From a virus: 45,544 bases of DNA. Below, piece after piece: positions 22,703 through 31,379 of the stretch (position 1 is the stretch's first letter; every line of letters starts with the position of its first letter). The notes under the pieces were generated by a model. That model made no database searches, was not told where the DNA came from, and was given only the letters and a program-made list of their open reading frames with translations. Location of the stretch: positions 1-45,544 of IMG/VR virus record IMGVR_UViG_3300014205_000077, one strand, 5' to 3'. A program made the position numbers and the translations under genes.

Positions 22703-23140
22703 CTAATCTACAAATTGCACAAAAGGATACGTCTTTAAGATATCTTTCTTAAACTCGTCTTGCCTCTTTTCGTTTTCTTCAAATTCCTTTCTTAAGATTT
22801 CTTTTGCTTTATCTTGCACGTTTTTGATAATAGTAAGAACATCTACACTTTCCACTACCCATCTATCATATCCAAAATTCATTGGGTGAATTTTATATAA
22901 GTTTCCAACTGGAGAACTAGTTATCCCAATTATCCATGCTTCTACCAAATCAGTTCCTAAGACACAAATAACAACATCGTCTAACTTACAATCTGCTAAT
23001 GTCTTTGTCTTTGGTTTGCATTTATGCGCACCTGCGCACTCTGCACTGCACAACGGTTCTCCGCAAGTATGACAAGCAAACCAAACATCTTTCTTGCCTT
23101 TTTTCTTTCCACAAGTTCCACAAATCAGTTCATCTTTCAT
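22703..23140 (-). CDS. zinc-finger protein (HIT/MYND-like Cys-His cluster), first gene of the leftward arm
   Basis: CGTCGKK...CHTCGEPLCSAECAGAHKC; RBS AAGGAGGAAAGA-ATG at 23140. Confidence 0.6.
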   Translation of the reverse strand: MKDELICGTCGKKKGKKDVWFACHTCGEPLCSAECAGAHKCKPKTKTLADCKLDDVVICVLGTDLVEAWIIGITSSPVGNLYKIHPMNFGYDRWVVESVDVLTIIKNVQDKAKEILRKEFEENEKRQDEFKKDILKTYPFVQFVD

Positions 23141-23167
23141 TCTTTCCTCCTTTTCTCTCAATGAGAA

Positions 23168-23195
23168 ATTATAGCTAACATATAAGACTTGTCAA
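23168..23195 (-). promoter_or_regulatory. leftward consensus sigma70 promoter (TTGACA-16-TATAAT)
   Basis: Minus strand reads TTGACAagtcttatatgttagcTATAAT, about 25 nt upstream of ATG 23140. Confidence 0.75.
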
Positions 23196-23278
23196 GTGTA
23201 AAACAATAAATTTTCTTTCTTTTCTTTTTAGCGTAGCTTTTTCTTTTATTTCTTATAACTAAAAGATATAAGATATAT

Positions 23279-23319
23279 AACTATATAAACAAAGCACTGT
23301 AACTATATATAACTATATA
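23279..23319. repeat. three AACTATATA direct repeats in the divergent control region
   Basis: Copies at 23279, 23301 and 23311. Confidence 0.5.
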
Positions 23320-23409
23320 TTAATAACTAACTGAAATAAATATATTAATTATGTATCATTTATATTAGTAGTTTAATTGTGAATGGTTTGGCGGGTATAA
23401 CGACAGAAG

Positions 23410-23438
23410 TATATAACACGTAGTATGTAGTTTGTCAA
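23410..23438 (-). promoter_or_regulatory. second, upstream leftward promoter (TTGACA-17-TATATA)
   Basis: Minus strand reads TTGACAaactacatactacgtgtTATATA. Confidence 0.5.
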
Positions 23439-23502
23439 GCGTAAACTTTATAAAAACAAAAAGATATTAAAAATAAAAAGATAAAAAGATTATTATTTAT
23501 AC

Positions 23503-23530
23503 TTGACAAACCTTATATGATTGTTATAAT
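23503..23530 (+). promoter_or_regulatory. rightward (structural arm) consensus promoter TTGACA-16-TATAAT
   Basis: cTTGACAaaccttatatgattgtTATAAT; about 18 nt identical to the promoter at 38855. Confidence 0.75.
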
Positions 23531-23543
23531 GTTGCATATTATA

Positions 23544-25193
23544 ATGGAAAACGCTAAAGCAATAAATAAGTTAAGGAATAGAATAGACTCTGCTGAAAGT
23601 TATCAGAAGCCATATAGAGAGAGTTGGGACAATCAACAGAGAATATGGGAAAGTATAATTGAGCCAGCAAAGAAGTTAAAATTAGATAATGCTGGGCGTT
23701 CTGCTTTGTTTGTTCCTTACACTTTTAGTTTAACGGAATGGATTATAGAGGATTTACTTACTAAGTTAATAGGGATACATCCTTTAGTTAAACTTCAAGG
23801 AGTCGGGACAACTCCCTCACAAGTAGCTGTAGGGCAACAGACACTTGTTGATTTGCAACTTCACTTAAATCATATGCAGAGAGCATTAGAGAAAGCTGTA
23901 AGACAGATGGTCAAACACGGAAACGGAGCTTTATTTAATTCTTGGAATCCAAACGATTTGAGTTATACTGGTTGTTATCTTGAATGGGTTAGTATCTATG
24001 ATTTGCTTTTAGACAGCAAGGCAACTTCGTTTGAAGATTGTGATTGGGTGGTTAGAAAGAAAGAAGTTAGTTATGAATGGTTGTATAATAGACCAAAAAG
24101 CAAATATAAAGATATAGATAAGGTAAAGAAAGCAAATGGACAATCGTATTTAATAGACAACCAAGAAGAGATTATTAATAAGTCTCGCAGAATAGTTCCC
24201 GAAGATGAACAACTGGTTCAACTCTACGAAGAGTGGGATAAAAATTCAGAGACTTGGAAGATACTTGCAAACAAGGAAGTTATGATTAAGGAATCAAAAA
24301 CTCCTTTTAATCACAAAGAACTTCCTTTCTCTTGGTTTTCTAATTACAAAAGAGAACACGTCATCTATGACAAGGGCGATATAGAGTTGCTTGAGGACAG
24401 CCAGAACGAACTGAACGCTTCTACTAACTTGATAAGGGATAGTGAAAGATTGAACGTGTCTAAACTGTTATGGAAAAGACGTGGAGCAATGATTACGAAC
24501 AAAGACATTGAGAATATGTATTGTGGGAAACCGATAGAAGTTACAAGCAAGGAGGACTTTGGGGAACTTGCTCATACTCCGTTATCTTCTGAATCTTACA
24601 ATTCAAGAGAAAGACTTAAACAAGAAATGAATGATGTCTGTGGCGCACCCGACCCTTTGCGTGGAGCGCCCAACCAACGTCAAGAGCTTGCGACTACAAT
24701 GAGTTTACTGCGGCAGGGGGGGCAAGTGAGGGGCAACTATAAAATAGGCAATATTTCGCTTGCTTTGTGCAATTTGGCAAGACAAATAGTTAGCAACAAT
24801 TATCAGTTTATCTTTATGCCCTTGCCACAATCTATATTCCCAAATAACACTTCCTTCCAAGACATAACAGAAATGTATGGAGAGTTTCTTTATATCCCAG
24901 AATTGTATCTTTTGTCTATGAGTTTACAGGAACGTAGAACAAACGCAAAAGAGTTATATAAAGAAACTATGAATGACCCATTTGTCAATCCGCAGAAACG
25001 ACTGGACTATCTTTTGGATAGTTATGAGATACTTAATAAAGAGGAATGGTTTAGCCAACAGCCACAGATAACAGCGCAAACCGCTGGACAGGCATTGGGT
25101 GGACAAAATGGAGTAGCGCCAAACGGAATGGGTGGGAATGGTTTTAATACAAATATGAGTCAGATGCTGTCGCAAGCAAAACAAGGACAATAA
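23544..25193 (+). CDS. putative portal protein (549 aa from ATG 23544)
   Basis: Size and position upstream of scaffold and capsid; upstream in-frame ATGs (23517, 23529) lie inside the promoter. Confidence 0.6.
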   Translation: MENAKAINKLRNRIDSAESYQKPYRESWDNQQRIWESIIEPAKKLKLDNAGRSALFVPYTFSLTEWIIEDLLTKLIGIHPLVKLQGVGTTPSQVAVGQQTLVDLQLHLNHMQRALEKAVRQMVKHGNGALFNSWNPNDLSYTGCYLEWVSIYDLLLDSKATSFEDCDWVVRKKEVSYEWLYNRPKSKYKDIDKVKKANGQSYLIDNQEEIINKSRRIVPEDEQLVQLYEEWDKNSETWKILANKEVMIKESKTPFNHKELPFSWFSNYKREHVIYDKGDIELLEDSQNELNASTNLIRDSERLNVSKLLWKRRGAMITNKDIENMYCGKPIEVTSKEDFGELAHTPLSSESYNSRERLKQEMNDVCGAPDPLRGAPNQRQELATTMSLLRQGGQVRGNYKIGNISLALCNLARQIVSNNYQFIFMPLPQSIFPNNTSFQDITEMYGEFLYIPELYLLSMSLQERRTNAKELYKETMNDPFVNPQKRLDYLLDSYEILNKEEWFSQQPQITAQTAGQALGGQNGVAPNGMGGNGFNTNMSQMLSQAKQGQ

Positions 25194-25477
25194 TGAGAGA
25201 CAAAATAGTAGAGATGTGTAGGAAAATATTTATTGGCAAAAGAGTTGAAGATGACGAATTACTTAATAAGTTGTCTAAGGGATTACAAGAACATAAAGAT
25301 ATTAAGGAATTGCTTAATCAAGTATTGACAGAAATGTTAGTTAGTAAGTATGAGGCAATAGTTAATATTGCGGGACTTCACATAGACGCCGAATATAAAT
25401 GTTTACGTAGGGAGCTTGACCAGTTGTTTAGTTTGTCGGAAATAATAAATAGAGTTATAGAAGTAAAAGATAAGTAG
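25193..25477 (+). CDS. hypothetical head-module protein (94 aa)
   Basis: ATGA-coupled to the portal gene. Confidence 0.55.
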   Translation: MRDKIVEMCRKIFIGKRVEDDELLNKLSKGLQEHKDIKELLNQVLTEMLVSKYEAIVNIAGLHIDAEYKCLRRELDQLFSLSEIINRVIEVKDK

Positions 25478-25491
25478 TAATAGGGGGATAT

Positions 25492-26121
25492 ATGCCAGAT
25501 GAAGTAATTGTAAAAAAAGAAGAAGCGGGAGAAACAGTTGAATGTTTGCAGGCAAAATTGAACGCAGAAGTTGCCTCAAAGAATGCAGAGATAGAAAGGA
25601 ATAAAGAGTTTATGCGCAAATTTACAGCAGACTCGGCAGAAAAGGCGCAACTATTATTAGAGAACGAGAATCTTAAAAAAGGAATACAACAGGACAAGAC
25701 AGAGTTTGAAGAAGCATTAAATCAGACTGGACTTAGTCCCGAAAAGATAAAGAAGTTTTTAATTGACCCATTAGTCAATCCCTTGCAGGAACAGATAACT
25801 CAATTAACTGGAAGAGTTGAAGGGAATATGATAATGGCAGACAATCCAGAATTGAAAGACCCTGCAAAAGCAAAGGAGGTTTTAGATTTTCTTAGGAATA
25901 ACGGTGTTACTCCTACTCCCTGGACTATAAAGAATGCCACTAAGGAACTTTATGGTAAAAGTCAAGCCCAGATAGAACAAGACGCAGAAGCAAAGATAGT
26001 TAAAAGATTTGCTGAACGTGGCATTGACCTACCAGATACAAGTAATAGTAATCCAGAACCTAAAACTTCTAAAGACCTTGCTAAGGATATAGTAAATGCG
26101 GGAAAGAAAGAAATTTTTTAG
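25492..26121 (+). CDS. putative scaffolding protein
   Basis: Charged, helix/coiled-coil-prone 209 aa directly before the capsid gene. Confidence 0.55.
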   Translation: MPDEVIVKKEEAGETVECLQAKLNAEVASKNAEIERNKEFMRKFTADSAEKAQLLLENENLKKGIQQDKTEFEEALNQTGLSPEKIKKFLIDPLVNPLQEQITQLTGRVEGNMIMADNPELKDPAKAKEVLDFLRNNGVTPTPWTIKNATKELYGKSQAQIEQDAEAKIVKRFAERGIDLPDTSNSNPEPKTSKDLAKDIVNAGKKEIF

Positions 26122-26133
26122 GGAGGAATAAAA

Positions 26134-27339
26134 ATGCCGACAACGATAATTACAAAACCTTTAGCCACTGACCAGATAAATTCTGCGCAGATGGTTATTG
26201 ATATGAGGGATGATATATATCTCTTAAAACCAAAGAGATATCCATTCCTTAATTTTTTGAATGAGATGGGAAAAGAGCAATGCAACGCTCCGAAGTTTGA
26301 ATTTATATCGGATGTGTTACAGCCAAAACAGACACTTTGCACTGGCAACGTTGTTGCTACAGCTACAAGCATTGGCGTTACAACAAGCACAGCAAGCATA
26401 GCAAAGAAATGGGATATAGTTAGAGCATCTGCTTCTGGCGTAAATGCAGAGTCCACGTTTATAATCTTAGATTCAACTCCTACAGCTTCAACTTGGACAG
26501 TCAATAGACTTGGTAGTCAGACTGGTGGGTTAGATACTGCTATAGATTCTGGAGCAACCCTTACGATTATAGGTAATGCAATGGCAGAAGGAACTGGTAA
26601 ACCAGAGGGGAGAATTACGCAGACAACAAATGCCTATAACTACACACAGATATTCAAACATATAGTTCAGATTACTGGAACTATGCAGGCGACAAAAACA
26701 TATGGGCAAGACCAGAAAGCATATCAGAGGAACAAAATTGGGCAGGAACACGCAGTAGATATTGAAAGGGCTTTCCTTTTCAATCCTACTTATAGCATAG
26801 ACACTACAACTGCGGGAGAACCTCGTAGAACAACGGCTGGACTGCTTTCCTATATATCTACAAATGCAACAACGGTTGCCTTAACTACATTCAAGGGAAC
26901 TGGCGCAACTGGTGGATATATTGGTTACTGGCTTCCGTTGATGGAGAAATTGTTTGAATATGGTTCGGACACCAAGATATGTTTCTGTGGCAATGACCTT
27001 ATTACAGCGATATCTACTTGGGCAGAAACCAAATTGAATATTCAGTCTCCTGTTGTTCAATACGGAGTAAAGAGTTTTGACTTAGTAACTCCTTATGGAA
27101 CTCTTAAATTTGTAAGACACGGATTACTTACTGGAACATTCAGTGGATTGAATTTGTTTGTTGACCCAGCAGATGTGAAATACAGATTTTTGGGTGCAGA
27201 TGATAAGGGTTCAAGAGACCATAGACTTGAAACAAACGTTGAAGAGCCAGGATATGATGGTTTAGTTGATATGTATCTTACAGAATGCGGACTTGAATTA
27301 CACAATGAACTCTATCACGGAAAATTAGTGTTATCATAG
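26134..27339 (+). CDS. putative major capsid protein
   Basis: 401 aa, strong RBS GGGAGGAATAAAA-ATG, position after the scaffold gene. Confidence 0.65.
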   Translation: MPTTIITKPLATDQINSAQMVIDMRDDIYLLKPKRYPFLNFLNEMGKEQCNAPKFEFISDVLQPKQTLCTGNVVATATSIGVTTSTASIAKKWDIVRASASGVNAESTFIILDSTPTASTWTVNRLGSQTGGLDTAIDSGATLTIIGNAMAEGTGKPEGRITQTTNAYNYTQIFKHIVQITGTMQATKTYGQDQKAYQRNKIGQEHAVDIERAFLFNPTYSIDTTTAGEPRRTTAGLLSYISTNATTVALTTFKGTGATGGYIGYWLPLMEKLFEYGSDTKICFCGNDLITAISTWAETKLNIQSPVVQYGVKSFDLVTPYGTLKFVRHGLLTGTFSGLNLFVDPADVKYRFLGADDKGSRDHRLETNVEEPGYDGLVDMYLTECGLELHNELYHGKLVLS

Positions 27340-27347
27340 GAGGATAG

Positions 27348-27668
27348 ATGTCAGCAGAAATAATTAAAGAAAAGATTTACAGAAGCACGTCTAACTGTCT
27401 TACTCTTGGATTTACAAATGGAGCAAGAATAGAATTCAAGAATGGGATTTTCAGAACTAACAATAAGTTAGAGATAGACGCACTTGAAAGTGATGAGGGT
27501 GGTAGGTTTGGTAGAAATAGGATTTTTTGGGAATGCATTGGAGAAATTCCAGCGCCAAATAATCAGCCAATAATCTCTTCAACTCTTTCAAGCGATACGA
27601 CTGCCACTGTTATAAAAGAAAAGGAAGGGAAAATGAAAGGGAAGAAAGATGGCACACAGGAGGGCTAA
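27348..27668 (+). CDS. hypothetical head-associated protein (106 aa)
   Basis: RBS TAGGAGGATAG-ATG. Confidence 0.55.
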   Translation: MSAEIIKEKIYRSTSNCLTLGFTNGARIEFKNGIFRTNNKLEIDALESDEGGRFGRNRIFWECIGEIPAPNNQPIISSTLSSDTTATVIKEKEGKMKGKKDGTQEG

Positions 27669-27674
27669 GAAGAA

Positions 27675-29390
27675 ATGAAAAACAAAATTGCGATACTGTT
27701 GGGGTTGATGTTACTCTCAACAAGTATGTTTGGTTTGGACTTGTATCAGAATGAATCCGAAGTTAATTTCAGAGAAACAAGAACTAACTTCAAGGGAACT
27801 TCTGGCACATTTGATGGGAATCTTACAGTAAGTGGAAATCTCGCAGTAACTGGAACAACAATTTCAGGAAACGAGATTATACATCCTTACACATCAGATT
27901 CTCTTGCAACGTTTAGTTTAGGAGCAACGTTTAATTCTACGATTACTCTTGCGAATGGATTAACAATTACAAACGCTACAGACAACTATTTGATATGGGC
28001 AGAGAATAGCGAGAACTTGAAATGGTATTTTACTACAGATGCTATAAACGTAAGTTCTACTACAGATGTAGCGTTGGTTGATTTTGGAACTATCAATCTT
28101 GCAACAGACGCATTAGACCTTTCGGAAGGAGATATCGGCAACGTAGGCATAATTGAATGCGATGCTATTGGTGCAGACGATGCTTATGTTTGGATGGTTT
28201 CGGCAACAAATTTTGGTGGGGCAGTGGTTTGTAGTTCAACGGTAAATTCTATTGGAACTCTTACTGCGACAGCGTTAAGTATAGGGGTAGGAGCGGCAAC
28301 AGTTGTCAATCCTTCAAATATACTTACGTTCACAGAAACAGCATTTCTCTTTACAGGAAATCACGGTATCTCTGGAACAAGTTGGGTAAATGGGATTGCT
28401 TACAATGGTGACCAGTCTATAGACAGTGGAGCAGTTAGTGAACTTTCAACCTTATGGGTAAATGGGGCAACTTATCACGGAGACGCTGTAACAGATAGTG
28501 TATCCTATACGTTAGTTGCAGGTCTTGCTACGATAGGAGATTCGCTCCACGTCAAAAAGACAACAATACTTGACGGTGCAGTTCAACATATAGGAACTTT
28601 TTGGAACAATGGAGCGGTTGATTTTGGTGATGCGTTAGTTTGTTCTACAACAACAAAGTTTATAGGAACTGCAACGTTTGGAACTGGAGCAGGGACTATA
28701 ATAGACCTTGTTGCTGACAATATAATGACATTGACAGAAACGACAATTCTTTTAGCTGGGAATGGGCAGTGTTCGGGAACTTGGTGGAATAATGGTGCAG
28801 TTGATTTTGGTGATGCTCTTGTGTGTTCAACTACAACTAAGTTCATAGGGACAGTAACTGTAGGCGCAAGTGCGGCAACTCTTGTCAACACGGCAAACGA
28901 TTTGGAAATCACAGAAACAAATATATCGTTGATAGGTATTACCGATATTACAGGTGCGTTTACCACAAGTGGACTTATTACTGGAAGCGACTCGTTACAT
29001 ATAAAGAAAACAGCGATTATTGATTTGGGAACTTCCCTTATGTCAACATTGTGGGTAAATGGAATAGGTTACTTTGGCGATGCGGTTACAGACTCTGGTG
29101 CGTTTTCGGCATTGTCAACGATTTGGGGTAATGGTGTGGCAAGTTTCGGAGATGCTGTAAATTGTTCAACTACAATCTTTATAGGGACTACAGCAACATT
29201 AGGTGTAGGTGCTTGCACTTTTGCAGACCCAGTAGCAATGCTTACAATTACAGAGGATAGTATCCATTTGAATACGTCAAATCTTAAATTGATGGGAGAT
29301 GTTTTGACTGGGATTACAGTAGCAGGAGATAGTTGTTCGTTTATTATAAACGGGACTACTTTCTGGATGTTTGGTGCAGGAACGAAATAA
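27675..29390 (+). CDS. repeat-rich (beta-helix-like) protein with a signal-peptide-like N-terminus
   Basis: MKNKIAILLGLMLLSTSMFG; recurring WxNG(A/I)xxxGDA(L/V) units, including a 183-nt tandem duplication at 28593-28958. Confidence 0.6.
   Translation: MKNKIAILLGLMLLSTSMFGLDLYQNESEVNFRETRTNFKGTSGTFDGNLTVSGNLAVTGTTISGNEIIHPYTSDSLATFSLGATFNSTITLANGLTITNATDNYLIWAENSENLKWYFTTDAINVSSTTDVALVDFGTINLATDALDLSEGDIGNVGIIECDAIGADDAYVWMVSATNFGGAVVCSSTVNSIGTLTATALSIGVGAATVVNPSNILTFTETAFLFTGNHGISGTSWVNGIAYNGDQSIDSGAVSELSTLWVNGATYHGDAVTDSVSYTLVAGLATIGDSLHVKKTTILDGAVQHIGTFWNNGAVDFGDALVCSTTTKFIGTATFGTGAGTIIDLVADNIMTLTETTILLAGNGQCSGTWWNNGAVDFGDALVCSTTTKFIGTVTVGASAATLVNTANDLEITETNISLIGITDITGAFTTSGLITGSDSLHIKKTAIIDLGTSLMSTLWVNGIGYFGDAVTDSGAFSALSTIWGNGVASFGDAVNCSTTIFIGTTATLGVGACTFADPVAMLTITEDSIHLNTSNLKLMGDVLTGITVAGDSCSFIINGTTFWMFGAGTK
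28593..28958 (+). repeat. tandem duplication (2 x about 183 nt / 61 aa) inside the 571-aa gene
   Basis: GTFWNNGAVDFGDALVCSTTTKFIGTATFG... followed by GTWWNNGAVDFGDALVCSTTTKFIGTVTVG... Confidence 0.8.
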
Positions 29391-29405
29391 CAATATGTAA
29401 CTTTA

Positions 29406-29431
29406 GGGGTGGGGCTTAAAAACCTCACCCC
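29406..29431 (+). terminator. GC-rich stem-loop after the 571-aa gene (no U-tract; attenuator or RNA-stability element)
   Basis: GGGGTGGGG-cttaaaaa-CCTCACCCC, 9-bp stem with one G-U pair. Confidence 0.35.
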
Positions 29432-29452
29432 GAAAGGGAAAAAAGGAGACAG

Positions 29453-29737
29453 ATGAACGAAATAAAAAATGCAGAGAAGAAAGGAATAATAAAAGGAATT
29501 GCAATAATAGCATTGTCGCTTATTATTGTTTGGCAAGTAATGGTTAATATAAATTATGTAAAGTTAAGCAAGTATGAAATGACGAGGGCGAAACTTGCGA
29601 ACAGTCTAAAGTATGAATTGGAACACAATGTAAGAACTGGGGAAGATTTGCAGAGAATAATCAACCAGTATTTCTATAATAAATTACCAAAAACAGAGAC
29701 AGCAAAACCAATAGTTGATACAACTAAAACAAAATAA
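29453..29737 (+). CDS. membrane-anchored protein (94 aa)
   Basis: TM GIAIIALSLIIVWQVMV. Confidence 0.5.
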   Translation: MNEIKNAEKKGIIKGIAIIALSLIIVWQVMVNINYVKLSKYEMTRAKLANSLKYELEHNVRTGEDLQRIINQYFYNKLPKTETAKPIVDTTKTK

Positions 29738-29829
29738 AATGAATGGATTGATATTGATAGGAATCTTTGCCATATTAGCAATTTGTGGATTTGGTGGATT
29801 TGTGTATCTGGTTTCTGTAGGAGAATAAT

Positions 29830-30510
29830 ATGCCATATACTCGGTTGTCAAATACATTAAAATTAGTAGAAGTTAGACATCTATTAAATGACGCTGACGT
29901 TCTTGGCAAATGGGACAACACTGAACTCCTTGTCCAGATGCACCAAATTACTGTTGATTTAATTCGTAGGTTACCAGAACAATATATAAGTGGGTATCTT
30001 ACAGAATCAGAACTTGCAACTCCAGTGGCACTTGATTATATTGATGGGAATGTTTTTGCATTGCCAGATAACTTTATTAGACTTTCTGGCATAAGGGATA
30101 CGAGAACGGTTGGAACAGCGCCAAAAGATTATAGAAAGTTTGCAGATTTGATAACGTTTGGAGGGGTCAAAGAATTACAAAGGAACTCATTAAAAACTCC
30201 TACAAAAGATAATCAATACGCTTGGCTCTCTTTTTATCCAACTGAATTTGAGGGATTTACTGTTACTGATAGCAAACCTGGGATTGCGTTTGCCCCAACA
30301 ACGTATGCCGCAAAAATATTACTTACATATTATCTTGACAGTATGGTAGATGGGGCAATAGACGAAGATTATTTTTTATCTCCTGCGGGAGAGAAGTTAG
30401 AGATATTGGGAACTTGTTATATGGCTTGTATGAAAGCAGAAAACACAGAACAGATGATTAATTTTAAGAAAGAATACGAGCAAGGCATTAAAGAATTGGG
30501 AGGGATATAA
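29830..30510 (+). CDS. virion structural protein (226 aa; adaptor/tail-tube-like by position)
   Basis: RBS GGAGAATAAT-ATG; structural-operon context only. Confidence 0.5.
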   Translation: MPYTRLSNTLKLVEVRHLLNDADVLGKWDNTELLVQMHQITVDLIRRLPEQYISGYLTESELATPVALDYIDGNVFALPDNFIRLSGIRDTRTVGTAPKDYRKFADLITFGGVKELQRNSLKTPTKDNQYAWLSFYPTEFEGFTVTDSKPGIAFAPTTYAAKILLTYYLDSMVDGAIDEDYFLSPAGEKLEILGTCYMACMKAENTEQMINFKKEYEQGIKELGGI

Positions 30511-31251
30511 ATGGGACAAGCAACTCTGGCGCAAATGAGAGATGAGGTGTATTCTTATTTAACTGCAAAAGTAGGAATGGGAATAGTTAGATTGGTTAAT
30601 GGGAAAGAAGTCGTCTCTACTCCTACAATAGCAACGCAGTCAACTCCGATACAAACACCAGAGGAAATAGTTAGAAACCATTTTAGTCCTTCATATATAG
30701 ATATATTGTTAAATAGAGGGTTGGATTATGTATGCAGAAAGTCAGAATGTTTATATGCAGAAGTTACTGGAACAGTTCCAATAAATACAAGATGGTTCTG
30801 GTTGTGGAATAAGGCATTGTCAATAATTAAAGTAAGATGGGAAGGGGTGATTATAACTCCAACTACAATAGAAGAAGCAAATACAAAAGATGCAAATTGG
30901 TTGACAACAACCTCATATAGAACTCCAACGGAATATGTTTATTACAGTAAACAATTAGGTGCTGGGGGAGGGCATTCAATCAGATTGATTAATCCTCCAA
31001 GTGTTGCTGGAACATTAAAGTTGGAATGCACAAGACTCCCAGACACTATGACTTCAACGGTTAATTGCGCATTAGAAGATTCTTGGCACGGAATGGTAAT
31101 TGATTGGGTGTGTTATGCGATATTGGGAGAGGTTGCGAAAATACAAAAGATGGGACAAGAATTAGAGGATATGAAAAGAGAAGCGTGGAGTAGGGATTTT
31201 GATAGGCAGGGAAGAGTTGTTAATATAGACCACGCAAATTATTGGAAATAA
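30511..31251 (+). CDS. virion structural protein (246 aa)
   Basis: Start ATG follows the upstream stop directly (TAAATG); context only. Confidence 0.5.
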   Translation: MGQATLAQMRDEVYSYLTAKVGMGIVRLVNGKEVVSTPTIATQSTPIQTPEEIVRNHFSPSYIDILLNRGLDYVCRKSECLYAEVTGTVPINTRWFWLWNKALSIIKVRWEGVIITPTTIEEANTKDANWLTTTSYRTPTEYVYYSKQLGAGGGHSIRLINPPSVAGTLKLECTRLPDTMTSTVNCALEDSWHGMVIDWVCYAILGEVAKIQKMGQELEDMKREAWSRDFDRQGRVVNIDHANYWK

Positions 31252-31379
31252 TATGGCAGAACAACAACCAGTAACGATATCTTGGGTTGAACAAACCCCA
31301 GAAGTTTTGATGTTAGGGGAAGTCCCATTACTTGTTTTGACAGAACAATTACCAGTAGCGATAGATTGGAGTGTATAAA

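Noticed and set aside
23517-23543. The ORF-track start of the portal gene at 23517 (MIVIMLHII...).
   Set aside because: These codons coincide with the spacer and -10 element of the consensus promoter, so ATG 23544 is the first start codon expected on the transcript. This is kept as an alternative only.
28593-28958. The 183-nt duplicated segment could be a template/variable repeat pair of a diversity-generating retroelement.
   Set aside because: No reverse transcriptase gene is visible anywhere in the window. The differences between the copies are not restricted to adenine positions, and both copies are in-frame parts of one gene.
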